A DNA stretch of 54,651 bases from an uncultured Opitutaceae bacterium (GTDB taxonomy: Bacteria; Verrucomicrobiota; Verrucomicrobiia; Opitutales; Opitutaceae), in NCBI GenBank assembly GCA_963977295.1, contig CAXBOL010000001.1:1-54651 (forward strand), written 5' to 3'. Position 1 is the first letter of the stretch; each line of letters starts with the position of its first letter. The notes under the pieces were generated by a model that worked only from the letters and a program-made list of their open reading frames with translations, searched no databases and had not been told where the DNA came from. Of this stretch, positions 28,065 through 38,404 are shown in pieces. A program made the translations under genes and the position numbers.

Positions 28065-30479
28065 ATGTCTCTATTTCGCACGAGCGTGCTCACTCTGGGT
28101 ATCGGTCTAGTCACCGTTTCCGCCCAGACCACATCACGTGATCCTCTCTTCATCAGCGGCGTTTACCCCCACCTCACGACCTACGCTGATAACGGCAACC
28201 TGAAAGGCCAACTCAACGAGTGCGGCATCGGCGCCGTGGTGCCCTGGGTGGGCAAATTGTGGATGGTCAATTACGCTGCCCACGAACCCAATGGCAGCGA
28301 CCACAAGTTGTATTCAATCGGCGAAGATCTCGCCCTCACCATCCACCCCGAAAGCGTCGGCGGCACGCCCGCCGCACGTTTCATTCATCGCGAATCCAAC
28401 CAACTGCTCATCGCTCATTACCTTGTCGACATGGAGGGCAAAGTCCGGGCTATCTCGCCCGAAACCATGCCGGGCCGCATCACGGCCATCGCCCGCCATC
28501 TCACCGACCCCGTCAACCTAGTCTACTATGTCGACATGGAGGGCATGGTTTATGAGGTGAATGTCCACTCCCTCGAAGTGCGGAAACTCTTTCATAAACC
28601 CGTGCCCGGCTGGCACGCCAAAGGCGCCTACACGGCGCAGGGGCGTTTGATCATGGCTAACAACGGTGAACACGTCGGCGGCTCGTTTCGGAACAGTATC
28701 TCGGCTCCCGAAGCCGACGCCATCCTGCGACGCATCAAAGCCAAGTCACCCGATGAACGCGGCGTCTTGGCCACCTGGGACGGCAAGACTTGGGATATAA
28801 TCGAGCGCACTCAATACACCGACGTCACCGGGCCGGGCGGTATATACGGCAACCCTCGCGACTCAGATCCCGCTTGGTCAATCGGATGGGACGAACGCGC
28901 CCTCCGCCTCAAACTCCTCGATGGCGGCCAGTGGTCGACCTACCTGCTGCCAAAGTCCTCGTTCAACAACGACGCCATTCACGGTTGGTATACCGAATGG
29001 CCCCGCATCCGGGAGGTCAGCGAGGACCGCTGGATGATGGACATGCACGGCATGTTTTTTGATTTCCCGGCTACGTTTTCCGCCGCCAACACTGCGGGCC
29101 TTGCCCCTATCGGCAGCCACCTGCGCTATGTGCCCGACTTCACGGACTGGAACGGCCGCTTGGTGCTCGCGACCGACGAAACCTCCATCCAAGAAAACCC
29201 CCGTGCCGGACAGCCTCAAAGTAATCTCTGGTTCGGCACGATGGACGACCTCAAATACTGGGGGCCGGGCTCCGGCTATGGCGGACCCTGGATCAACGAA
29301 GCCATTGCCGCCCACCAACCCAGTCTTCCCTTCCTCGTTAACGGCTTCAAAGAACGCGTCCTCCATCTGGCCGTGTCAGACGGGCAGACAGTCACGATTC
29401 AAATCGAAATCGACTCATTGGGAACGGGCGACTGGCAGTCTTACGACACCGTCACCGTAACGGGCTACCTGCCCTACATTTTTCCGCCCAACTTCGACGC
29501 CCAATGGGTGCGCCTCCGGGCTGATCTTAACTTCATCGGCTCGGCCTATTTCCACCAAACCGATGCCAATTACCGCGACGAGTCCGAGGGCACCGCCCTT
29601 TTTGAAGGCTTGGCCGACATCGGGGAAGCCGTCGTGTCCGGTTCCGCCCTCTACGCCCGCCGTGATTCGCGCGATCTCGCCGTCACCGACCTCCACGGCC
29701 ACACGGTCAACTTCAGCAAGGCCGACTTCGCCTTCGCTCCCGGCGTCCGCCTTTCCTCCGAAACAGAAACGCACCTCAGTATGGCGCCAAAATTCTCTGT
29801 CGACGCCGCCTCCGTCGTCGTCGAATCCCACGGTGAGCGTCTACGCCTGCCGAAAGGCAGTCCCGCCTACGACCAACCGTTTTCTTTCGGCTGGCCGCGC
29901 AGTTATCGGGAGATCGAATCCGAACGCGAGTTGGCCAACATCCACGGCACGTTTTATGAGTTGCCTTTGGTCGTGAACAGCCTGCCGCCGCTATTTCAAA
30001 AACTCCGCCCCATCAGCAGTCACGGCAAACAGATTGCCGACTTCGCGTCATGGAATGGCCTACTCGTGATGAGCGGTGTGGTCGCAACGCAAAACCCGTC
30101 CCCCGATCCTCATATCTATCGCAGCACTGACGGCACGGAAGCCCTTTGGTTCGGCGGCATCGACGATCTTTGGAAATTCGGCAAGCCCGTCGGCATCGGC
30201 GGCCCGTGGAAAGACAGCGTGGTCAAAGCCGACGTGCCGTCCGACCCGTATCTCATGACAGGATACGATAAGAAATCGCTGACGATTTCCGCCGACCGTC
30301 CCACCTCCATCCGCCTCGAGGTGAACTTCGATCATCAGGACTACCATCTCTACCAGACATTCGACGTGGACGGGCAGAACCCGGTTCACTTCTCCTTCCC
30401 CACCGGCTTCAGTGCCCACTGGGTGCGCTTGGTCGTAAGCGACAATTGCACCGCCACCGCCACGTTCAACTACGAGTAG
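28065..30479 (+). CDS. Large secreted hypothetical protein with internal two-fold repeat
   Basis: Signal peptide MSLFRTSVLTLGIGLVTVSA; long ORF with host-like codon bias; duplicated blocks (see findings). Confidence 0.8.
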   Translation: MSLFRTSVLTLGIGLVTVSAQTTSRDPLFISGVYPHLTTYADNGNLKGQLNECGIGAVVPWVGKLWMVNYAAHEPNGSDHKLYSIGEDLALTIHPESVGGTPAARFIHRESNQLLIAHYLVDMEGKVRAISPETMPGRITAIARHLTDPVNLVYYVDMEGMVYEVNVHSLEVRKLFHKPVPGWHAKGAYTAQGRLIMANNGEHVGGSFRNSISAPEADAILRRIKAKSPDERGVLATWDGKTWDIIERTQYTDVTGPGGIYGNPRDSDPAWSIGWDERALRLKLLDGGQWSTYLLPKSSFNNDAIHGWYTEWPRIREVSEDRWMMDMHGMFFDFPATFSAANTAGLAPIGSHLRYVPDFTDWNGRLVLATDETSIQENPRAGQPQSNLWFGTMDDLKYWGPGSGYGGPWINEAIAAHQPSLPFLVNGFKERVLHLAVSDGQTVTIQIEIDSLGTGDWQSYDTVTVTGYLPYIFPPNFDAQWVRLRADLNFIGSAYFHQTDANYRDESEGTALFEGLADIGEAVVSGSALYARRDSRDLAVTDLHGHTVNFSKADFAFAPGVRLSSETETHLSMAPKFSVDAASVVVESHGERLRLPKGSPAYDQPFSFGWPRSYREIESERELANIHGTFYELPLVVNSLPPLFQKLRPISSHGKQIADFASWNGLLVMSGVVATQNPSPDPHIYRSTDGTEALWFGGIDDLWKFGKPVGIGGPWKDSVVKADVPSDPYLMTGYDKKSLTISADRPTSIRLEVNFDHQDYHLYQTFDVDGQNPVHFSFPTGFSAHWVRLVVSDNCTATATFNYE

Positions 30480-30550
30480 ACGACTGGCGAGACTGGGCTC
30501 AAACCAGACACCGTGGCGCGGCGCTATCCGTCAAGCGGTCTGCCTCGATC

Positions 30551-32107
30551 TCATTGCTCCCGTTTCGCGAACTGATCGGCCATCTCCCGGTAGATTCGTT
30601 GGCCAAATTCTTTGGTCCTGAACGAGCCATGACTTCCCGGCAGAATCTCAACATAACCCCCGTGAGCCTTCGTCGCTAAGAAATCCTGCAACATCTCCAA
30701 CGCCGGGTTGAGATAAAACGTGTCCCAGCCTCCGCCGATGACGTGCAACTTGCCCTGTAAACGCGGTCCCAACGTCGCCCAATTACTCTCGAGCTGCAGG
30801 CGGATATCATAGCGTTTCCAATAGTCGACCACCTCGTGATCAATCTTCCCGGTGAGCTTGTCCATCACCCGCAGCGGATACCCATCCTCCCCTCGTGGAC
30901 TAAAAACGGCGTCAAACGAATCCAACTGCCCGCCCCATCCCAACACATATTCGTAGTGGTTGAACTTCGGGAACAGTAACTTGACCTCATGCCGACTACG
31001 ACCCACCGGGCGGGGTTGTCCTGCTGGCGTCCAGTGGCCATTGGTATCTTCGTAGAGGTTCATGGTCTGGAACGCGCGGAAATCCACTGGGTCCGGCGCC
31101 GTGCTCCAACAGCCGCCAAAGAAATTCGGATACGTCACCTGCAACCACAGCGATGACCATCCGCCCGATGAATGCCCGCCCACGAACCTTGCCGAGGGCT
31201 CCGCGATAATCCGAAACCGTTCCTCGATCACCGGAATCAGCTCGGTCGTGAGCGCCTCCCCGACCGGGCCATTATTGGCGGAGTCTGCGAAAACGGAGTG
31301 ACCCAGCGGCACATCGGGATCGAGCACGATCTCGAACCCCCGATAAGGATTCGTGCCGTTCTCCCATGCCTTCCATCCATGCCCCCCTTTGCTCGGCCGA
31401 TTCAACAACCCTAAATGCCGCCCCCCGAATCCCGGCACCTCGTAATACGCCGGATACTGCCGCTCCGTTTCTTCCTCGTATCCATACGGCAACAACACCG
31501 CGGCGCGTAAAAAGACATCCCGGCCATGAAAGTCGCTCAACAACTCACTGCGCACTTTCACCAATTTAACCCACTCGTTTTCCGTGCCCTCTTCTGCCAA
31601 CACCACTTGATTCGCCACCAGATCAAATCTCGCCTTCAACCCCCGGCTGATCTCCACCTTGCTGGGTCGACTGTAGAGATTGCCCGGTCCGTCATTGAAG
31701 TCCCGTCGCGTTTGATCGTGATTGATCAACGCCTGCACCTGGTAAATCCCCGGCTCGATGCGGCCCAACCCGACCGGAAAGGCCAAGGCATCCGGATCCG
31801 CCAAATCGTCTTCGGTAAACTCCACGACTTCACCCGGCTCCAGATTCTCCACATCCACCGCAAATACCGGCGAAGGATCGAACCAGTTTAGATCCTTCCT
31901 CGGCTCCCCCTTTTCATTTTCCGAAAAGAACAAAAGCACCCGTCCCGACAACGCCTCGGCCCGGATCTCCGCCGGAAAAGACACCACAAACCTCACGCCC
32001 TTCTCCTGTTCAGCTTCCCCGGCTTTTTCGACTCCGGGCGTCTGACATCCCACCCAAAAAATTAGACTGCACGAAAGAGAGAAAACAGCGAGCGAGGGAA
32101 ACTTCAT
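30551..32107 (-). CDS. Putative esterase (alpha/beta hydrolase, enterochelin-esterase-like), probable lipoprotein
   Basis: Lipobox-like WVGC; AAVLLPYGY, DSANNGP, ELIPVIEERFR, GHSSGG nucleophile, G.WD, GSH; ATG at 32107. Confidence 0.85.
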   Translation of the reverse strand: MKFPSLAVFSLSCSLIFWVGCQTPGVEKAGEAEQEKGVRFVVSFPAEIRAEALSGRVLLFFSENEKGEPRKDLNWFDPSPVFAVDVENLEPGEVVEFTEDDLADPDALAFPVGLGRIEPGIYQVQALINHDQTRRDFNDGPGNLYSRPSKVEISRGLKARFDLVANQVVLAEEGTENEWVKLVKVRSELLSDFHGRDVFLRAAVLLPYGYEEETERQYPAYYEVPGFGGRHLGLLNRPSKGGHGWKAWENGTNPYRGFEIVLDPDVPLGHSVFADSANNGPVGEALTTELIPVIEERFRIIAEPSARFVGGHSSGGWSSLWLQVTYPNFFGGCWSTAPDPVDFRAFQTMNLYEDTNGHWTPAGQPRPVGRSRHEVKLLFPKFNHYEYVLGWGGQLDSFDAVFSPRGEDGYPLRVMDKLTGKIDHEVVDYWKRYDIRLQLESNWATLGPRLQGKLHVIGGGWDTFYLNPALEMLQDFLATKAHGGYVEILPGSHGSFRTKEFGQRIYREMADQFAKREQ

Positions 32108-32272
32108 CACGTAAACAATGGGGTTGAAACCGTAAGAACTCCTAAACAGTGCCCAAACGTCTCGCAGGGGCGATCCCTCAGTTTTCTTTATTCGTCTCTC
32201 GAGAAGCTCAAATCGCATCACGCGGCAGGATTCACCAAGGAAACGAGGAAACCCAAGTCGGACTAGACAATA

Positions 32273-32352
32273 GGGGAGGGTTTTACACCCCGACTCGTTA
32301 GCTGGCGAGGACGGCTGACGCCACCGCTGTCGGGGTGTAAAACCCCTCCCAC
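32273..32352. repeat. REP doublet (REPIN-like)
   Basis: Perfect 17-bp inverted repeat GGGTTTTACACCCCGAC (32278-32294) / GTCGGGGTGTAAAACCC (32329-32345); each arm is itself palindromic; right arm ends CCCAC (GTGG on reverse strand). Confidence 0.7.
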
Positions 32353-32850
32353 CTCTCAAACCGTGGACGCAGTTCAGTCTTCTGCGCTGCCTCTGCAAAA
32401 AACAGCCACTGAGCTCACCATTGTTCTTCCGATCGGATCCAAATTTTTTTGGTGGTGGGGCTCTCAAGAAACTTCAAATAACTGGGTGTTTTTTCCACCA
32501 CGTCTATGAACAAAGTGAATGGCCTGACAAGGACACGAATAAACGTCACTACCGTTCAGTTTGAAGTCCCCTTAAGTTGGGTAGACAAAGAAGGTTGCGT
32601 TCCCAGGCGCAGCGTTAGCGAAGCCATTCGTGTTCATTCGTGGTTAAAAACTCCGGTGCTGCTCCGTTCCAAGTTTCTTCCCCTATACATTCCGGTAAAC
32701 CGGGCCTGACGCTTCTGTAGAAATTCGTATGGAACGACGAAGTTGAATCCTGCTGAGATCAGGCGCGGTCGTTCAGATTGGGAGAGCAACGGAGAATCCG
32801 GAAACGGATCGGGCTTGGCTTGCTGAGGCAGGAGGCATAGCGAGGGGCGC

Positions 32851-33675
32851 TTGCACGACTCACTTACGCTTCAACCGATCGGGTTTATTCGCACCGCGCA
32901 GCGGGTGAAGTTTCAGGCGGGACATCAACCGGATGTGGCGCGTCCCGGGTGCAGTGTACTGGAACTGCTGCCGGGTCACGATTACGAGCTGGCGTTGCGT
33001 GACCTCGAGGGATTTTCGCGGATCTGGCTCCTGTCTTGGTTTCACCGCAACGTGGGCTGGCGTCCGTTGGTGCTCCCTCCGCGGGGACCCAAGCAACGAC
33101 GGGGCGTGTTTGCGACCCGGTCACCGCATCGGCCGAATCCACTGGGGCTGACCGCGACGGAGTTGATCTCAATCGACGCCAAGGCCGGGCGACTGGTGTT
33201 GGGCGCCTGCGACCTGCTGGAGGGCACTCCCGTTTTCGATATCAAACCCTACCTGGCGGCTTACGATTCGTTTCCTGATGCGGGAGGTGGGTGGACGGCG
33301 GAGGTGGACGCTGCACTCGCTCAGCCTCCAACCTATACGGTCGCGTTGGCTCCGCTGGCGGAAGAACAAGCCGAGTGGTTGATGCTCAACTGGGGCATTG
33401 ATTTTCGGCCGCGCATGCTGGCGCTACTGGCGCGTGACCCGACCCTGCATCGCACCCGCCGAATTCGGCGGCGGAAAGATGGACGCATGGAGATCGGGTG
33501 CGGCGCGTGGCGTGGCACGTTTGTCGTGGACGAGCAACGGGTGGAAATTGTGTCCCTCGACGCGGCATATCCGCTAAGCTGGATCCGAGATGAGGCGCGC
33601 ACCAGGATTGAGGACCGGGAGGCGCAGGAAGCGTATTTGGCCCGGTGGCCGTCGGCGGATGGGACGGGGGAATGA
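32851..33675 (+). CDS. trmO: tRNA (N6-threonylcarbamoyladenosine(37)-N6)-methyltransferase
   Basis: LQPIGFI, LEGFSRIWLLSWFH, GVFATRSPHRPNPLGL, DLLEGTPVFDIKPY. Confidence 0.92.
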   Translation: MHDSLTLQPIGFIRTAQRVKFQAGHQPDVARPGCSVLELLPGHDYELALRDLEGFSRIWLLSWFHRNVGWRPLVLPPRGPKQRRGVFATRSPHRPNPLGLTATELISIDAKAGRLVLGACDLLEGTPVFDIKPYLAAYDSFPDAGGGWTAEVDAALAQPPTYTVALAPLAEEQAEWLMLNWGIDFRPRMLALLARDPTLHRTRRIRRRKDGRMEIGCGAWRGTFVVDEQRVEIVSLDAAYPLSWIRDEARTRIEDREAQEAYLARWPSADGTGE

Positions 33676-33869
33676 AGCGCCAAGGCCATCTTATTGGCTT
33701 TTGATTGCATCATGTTGAAATTCTTAAGTCTTCGACCGATCTAATTATACACGTGTCGGCTAGATGCGATGATACTGGCGAAATTTTTATCACTAGAAAT
33801 TTCAAAATCGGAGGAATGGCGCACGCATCTCTCGGGTCCTTGGAGGTCTGAAATCGGTCAATTCAAATA

Positions 33870-33889
33870 ATTACCCTATTTAGGGTAAT
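33870..33889. promoter_or_regulatory. Palindromic operator ATTACCCTA-TT-TAGGGTAAT (NarL-like 7-2-7 geometry)
   Basis: Perfect 9-bp inverted repeat with 2-nt spacer; half-site TTACCCTA recurs at 35483-35490 before the response regulator. Confidence 0.55.
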
Positions 33890-34194
33890 ACATTTATTTG
33901 ATATTTAATACTCCTCTTTCACAACCTTAGATAGTGAGTGGTAAATCCAGCGAAACCGACGAGTGCCATAAGAAGTGTGAGGCATTAGCGGCGCACATTC
34001 GAGATCACCCGAGGCCCACAGGTAAACACGTTACCGATGAAGAATAGATCACGACAAGTATCCTAAGGCTTATTAAAATCGATGGTAGTTAATGGAGTTT
34101 GGGCTTTTCGATATTTTTATCACAAGATAGTCATACGTAAGTATTTATTTCAATTTATACTTAAAAATCCAAATGCCCCAAAAAATAGATCATT

Positions 34195-34662
34195 ATGTCC
34201 ATTAAATATAAGATATCGTCTACAATTATTATTCTTACTTTCAGTTCTATTTGCTCTATCGGCGGCGCGCAAACGCTTCGAGCGTCGAGATCAATTAACG
34301 TGGATATTCCTGGTAGGATAATTTCCGAAATCAGAGGTCCGGCATATGTGGAAACCATTGTCCGTGCGAGCGTTCCTACCGCACTAATCCGGACAATCAC
34401 GGGCACAACGCTCGGTGGAAGTAATCTGCGGAATACCTCAGGAGTCCGAGTAGGAATTCCTCAACTTGGTACCTATACGTTTAAGTGGACGGTTAAGGTC
34501 GTTTCCGACGGTAATGGCGGAAAAGCAATTGCGTTGGATATGTCTTATGAGAAGGTTGTTCTTACGCAGTCATCGGGTGAACTTGAAAGCACTCACATAG
34601 TCATGGCTCCTCCGCTGGTGGAGGAATGCTTTCAGGATCCCACTGGAACCGAAATACCATGA
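34195..34662 (+). CDS. Hypothetical secreted protein
   Basis: Signal-peptide-like N-terminus (..IIILTFSSICSIGGA), beta-rich body; 155-aa ORF in AT-rich DNA. Confidence 0.65.
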   Translation: MSIKYKISSTIIILTFSSICSIGGAQTLRASRSINVDIPGRIISEIRGPAYVETIVRASVPTALIRTITGTTLGGSNLRNTSGVRVGIPQLGTYTFKWTVKVVSDGNGGKAIALDMSYEKVVLTQSSGELESTHIVMAPPLVEECFQDPTGTEIP

Positions 34663-34702
34663 TTATTAGGTAGGCTGACCGCAATTGTCCAACTCAAGCT
34701 GA

Positions 34703-35476
34703 ATGAAACCACAAATAAGCAATCGATTTAGAATCTTCGCACTGGTAGCGACCTTGGGTTTTGTAGTCTTCTACATTGATCAATCTTTAAGTCCTGAAGA
34801 AAGTCTAAACCTCGCGCGGAATATCGATGTGAATCCACCCCAAACCAGATTGGAGGAAACCTCTTCGAACGAAGCTGACGACGAAACAGTTTTTTTGGAT
34901 TCCACGGTAGCCTCTTTGAGTTGGGGTTCGGGTATGTTGTTGGATCCTTTAGCCGAACAAGTTTTGTTGGTGAATTCTATCTTGAAGTTGAATAACATCA
35001 ATGTTTCGGAAGAAAAAATTTATGCAGTCGCACAGCTTACTTCGACTGGGAAAAATATATTAAATGCGCTTGATGCCAGGCTTTCGAATGTTGATTTTAA
35101 AAATGATACAGTAGTTTTTAAAGTGGAGGATTATCCTGAGGCTATCCGTAACAATTTCAGGTCAAAATTTTTGAAGGAACTCGAGGGGATTCTAGGAAAT
35201 AGTGAGTACTCTGGGAAAGTGCTGGACTCTCTAAGTCTGTACTTGAGGGGATTTGGCGAAGGAACCCGAGAGGTAACTATTAAATCGCGAGATTATTGGT
35301 ATCACATAAGTGATTTGACTTATCCTATGACAGAAAATTCTAGAAAGGAGTATCTTGAGTCAGGTGGAGTAGTTCATAGTGATCTTCAAGACATCGATCT
35401 TCCGGAAAGCAACTATCTGTATTTTGTTGATAGAGCTAAGAAAATTCGGTCCTCCACGGATAATGGAACTCGATAA
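34703..35476 (+). CDS. Hypothetical membrane-anchored protein
   Basis: Single N-terminal TM (IFALVATLGFVVFYI); 257-aa ORF in AT-rich DNA. Confidence 0.75.
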   Translation: MKPQISNRFRIFALVATLGFVVFYIDQSLSPEESLNLARNIDVNPPQTRLEETSSNEADDETVFLDSTVASLSWGSGMLLDPLAEQVLLVNSILKLNNINVSEEKIYAVAQLTSTGKNILNALDARLSNVDFKNDTVVFKVEDYPEAIRNNFRSKFLKELEGILGNSEYSGKVLDSLSLYLRGFGEGTREVTIKSRDYWYHISDLTYPMTENSRKEYLESGGVVHSDLQDIDLPESNYLYFVDRAKKIRSSTDNGTR

Positions 35477-35553
35477 ACAACCTTACCCTAGGATCTTACG
35501 CTGATCTATCAATCTAGTTGTCAGGATGGAGCGTCAGACAACGTTTTCAAGGC

Positions 35554-36264
35554 ATGGCCTCAACTGATTTGTCCTTTAGAAAAGCGTTCAATGTTCTCGT
35601 TGTCGAAGAGGTCGGAATGCTGGCTCATTTCGTTATTCAAGTCTGCGAGCGTGCCTTGGGTTCGGGAGATATCCAAGAATTGAACATTGGAACAGTGGTC
35701 ACGCAATGGGCCTCCAACTGTCGAATTGCTCGAGATTTGATCAAAAACTGGGAGCCTAACCTGATCGTGATGGATCTTAAACTCCCTGATGGATGTGGCT
35801 CAAAGCTGGTCGCGGAATTCGCGAAAATTCAATGTGGAGCTCGAATCTTGGGACTTTCGTCTCTTCGCAATGAGCGATCGATTTCCCGGGCTCAGCGAAC
35901 TAGATTTGATGGGTTTGTTTTGAAGTCCGTGCGTGGTGTTCGAGATCTCGAAGCCGCTCTCAAGCTTCTGGCGAGGGGAGGGCGATATTTTAGTTCAGAA
36001 TTTCAAAAAAGGAGAGACGCAGTGTTTAGAGACTCTAATTTTCATGGTCATTTTCTTACAGCCAGAGAGTCTCAGGTGCTCGACCTGATAGCTGGCGGTT
36101 TGGATAATGTGGAAGTCGCGCGAACTTTGAGCATTGAGCCGGCAACGGCGCACAAACACCGACAATCCTTATTGCGGAAACTTGATGTGCATACTTCACC
36201 AAAACTCGTCGCCCGAGCTCGATTGCTGGGCTTCGGGAATAGATTCGAAGTTGGTCAGCAATGA
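35554..36264 (+). CDS. NarL/FixJ-family response regulator (REC + LuxR HTH)
   Basis: PNLIVMDLKLPDGCG, GFVLKS, GGRYFS, LTARESQVLDLIAGG..EVARTLSI..TAHKHRQSLLRKL. Confidence 0.9.
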   Translation: MASTDLSFRKAFNVLVVEEVGMLAHFVIQVCERALGSGDIQELNIGTVVTQWASNCRIARDLIKNWEPNLIVMDLKLPDGCGSKLVAEFAKIQCGARILGLSSLRNERSISRAQRTRFDGFVLKSVRGVRDLEAALKLLARGGRYFSSEFQKRRDAVFRDSNFHGHFLTARESQVLDLIAGGLDNVEVARTLSIEPATAHKHRQSLLRKLDVHTSPKLVARARLLGFGNRFEVGQQ

Positions 36265-36406
36265 TAACTATTTGAATTTATCGGTGGGGACCCGTCGCCG
36301 AGCTATAAATTGATACTCGGGACCGCATGGCACGGCCTTAGTAAATGAATTCGCTTTGGAAGAGGACGAATGGAGAGTGGTTTGGTTTTACGTCTAGCAA
36401 TGACGC

Positions 36407-38245
36407 CTAAGGACGGGCGTGGAGCCATTTTTCGACGCGGGCTTTCTGGGCTTCGGTCATGTCCTCGCGGAATTTCAGGCGCCAGGTGGCTTCGGGTTTG
36501 AGGCCGAGCATCACCGGCACGGTGCGGATTTGATCGCGGCGGGCGATGAGTAATTCCACTTCGGTGTCGGCGCCGTAGAGTTCGAGGCGGCGGGCGAGTT
36601 GACTCTGGCTGACACGGAGGCCTTCGATGGCAATAATCTCGTCGTCGACGCTGAGTCCGGCCGCGGCGGCGGGCGTGTCGCTGCGCACTTGGGTGATGAC
36701 GAGGCGTCCGTTTTGGTCGGCGGTGCCGGCGCCGAGCCACCCCTTGGGCGGGAGGGGAGGCGAGGCGGCCTCCGGCGTGCCGGGTTTGGGGGCGGTGGGA
36801 GGTTGGGGTTGTTCAAATTCGAGGCCATACCAGTCGAGAGCGGGCTGGTAGTCGAATTCGCCGGGGTGGTTGACGAGTTCGTCGAACCACGCGGTCAGGT
36901 CGTGACCAGTGATTTCGTTAGCGAGCGCGATGAACTCGTCCTGAGTGTAACCGTGGAGGCCGCTATAGCGGGCGTAGGCTGCGCGCATCACGTCGTCGAG
37001 GGAGACGGCCCCGTCGCTGACAGCTTGGATTTTGGCATCGATCAGGAATCCACCTACGGCGCCACCGCCGTAGTAGCTGAATAGCGCGTTCACGGAATTT
37101 TCGTTGGACCGATAGGATTTTATCCAGGCATCAAAGGATGACTCGGAGAAGGCCTGCACCAGTCGGCCGGGGGTGTTCTGTGACCCCGCGATGGAACCAC
37201 TGACGGCGCCGAGGTAGCGGTCGGGAGTGTTGAACCCGGCGCGGGTCAGGATGATGTGTTGGTAGTAGCTGGTGATGCCTTCGACGATCCAGAGTGAGGG
37301 AGTGTAGTTTTCGTGTTCGTATTCGAAGGGTCCGAGCTCGATGGGACGCAGGCGTTTGCCGTTCCAGGTGTGGAAATACTCGTGGCTGGCAAGGGAGAGC
37401 CAGGAGCTAATGCCGCCAAACGTGCGACCCAGCCAGCGGTCGGCGGAAATCGTGAATGAGTTGCGGTGTTCCAGTCCGCCGCGCGAGCCGGAGAGGAGGT
37501 TAAAAATGTAGTAAGGCTGGTCGAGTGGCAGGCTGCCCCAAAAGTCGCGTTGGGCCTCGATCACGAGTTTGAGGTTGGCGGCGGCCAAGGCGTTATCCCA
37601 CACCCCGCCGCCATCGATCGTTACGAGCGTGTGAGGGATGCCGTCGACCTCGAAGGTATCGACTTGCGGCGAGCCCACGAGAATGGGGCTGTCGACGAGC
37701 GTATCGAAATCGGGGGCGGTAAATGTGTCGGCCTCCGCGCTGCGGGTGAGCGGCGTTTGGCTGGTTTGCCATGCCGAGGGGCGCACGATCTTCACGCTAT
37801 ATGGACGATCAAGGTCGTCGACTTCAGAGAGGAAGGTGGGCGCGCCGTTGAGCATCGCAAAATCGCTCTCCACCCAGTTCCCACGCACATTGATTTCGCG
37901 GGCGTAGAGACGGTAGCGGACGGTGATCGTGGGGGTATGGGCCGAGTCGATTTGCCAGCGATTCTTGGTGGTTTTTTGAGCCTCGAGGGCGGCGCCGGTG
38001 GCCGAAAAGGCTTCGAGGGTCACCATGTTGCCAGCGTATTCCCGCACGAGGTAAGATCCCGGAGTCCACACGGGCATGAAGAGGGTGAGACTCGACTTGC
38101 CCTCGGTGGGCACTTGCATTTCGACGTCGACGTAGTGGGCGGCCGCCTCGGTAAAACTCAAGGTAAACCGGATGGGTTCGCGTGCGACTGCCATCGAGTT
38201 GACGGCAATGAGGGTGGCGAAGAGGATCAGGATTCGACGAAGCAT
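36407..38245 (-). CDS. M61 glycyl aminopeptidase family metallopeptidase with C-terminal PDZ domain
   Basis: Signal peptide, MPVWTPGSYLVREY, LVDSP, GGLEH, HEYFHTWN..RLRP, LWIVEGITSYY, PAAAAGLSVDDEIIAI. Confidence 0.94.
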   Translation of the reverse strand: MLRRILILFATLIAVNSMAVAREPIRFTLSFTEAAAHYVDVEMQVPTEGKSSLTLFMPVWTPGSYLVREYAGNMVTLEAFSATGAALEAQKTTKNRWQIDSAHTPTITVRYRLYAREINVRGNWVESDFAMLNGAPTFLSEVDDLDRPYSVKIVRPSAWQTSQTPLTRSAEADTFTAPDFDTLVDSPILVGSPQVDTFEVDGIPHTLVTIDGGGVWDNALAAANLKLVIEAQRDFWGSLPLDQPYYIFNLLSGSRGGLEHRNSFTISADRWLGRTFGGISSWLSLASHEYFHTWNGKRLRPIELGPFEYEHENYTPSLWIVEGITSYYQHIILTRAGFNTPDRYLGAVSGSIAGSQNTPGRLVQAFSESSFDAWIKSYRSNENSVNALFSYYGGGAVGGFLIDAKIQAVSDGAVSLDDVMRAAYARYSGLHGYTQDEFIALANEITGHDLTAWFDELVNHPGEFDYQPALDWYGLEFEQPQPPTAPKPGTPEAASPPLPPKGWLGAGTADQNGRLVITQVRSDTPAAAAGLSVDDEIIAIEGLRVSQSQLARRLELYGADTEVELLIARRDQIRTVPVMLGLKPEATWRLKFREDMTEAQKARVEKWLHARP

Positions 38246-38404
38246 CAGGGGCACTGAAGGAATTTTTGGGTGAAGGGCAAAATGAACGATGATGAAAGAA
38301 ACCGGCGGCGCGGGCTACGCGCGACAGAATAGCGAGATTTCGCTTAATCGACTGGCGCCCGCGATAGATTTGGGGCACGGTTCGGGCTCATTCCTTCGCC
38401 GATT

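Larger units (their letters stand above)
33700..36400. other. Low-GC genomic island (three genes)
   Basis: Abrupt shift to AT-rich sequence and A/T-ending codons between trmO and the M61 gene; no integrase or flanking direct repeat seen. Confidence 0.75.

Noticed and set aside
34082-34406. Short ORFs 34082-34321 (+) and 34161-34406 (-)
   Set aside because: They overlap the better-supported signal-peptide ORF at 34195 and show no motifs
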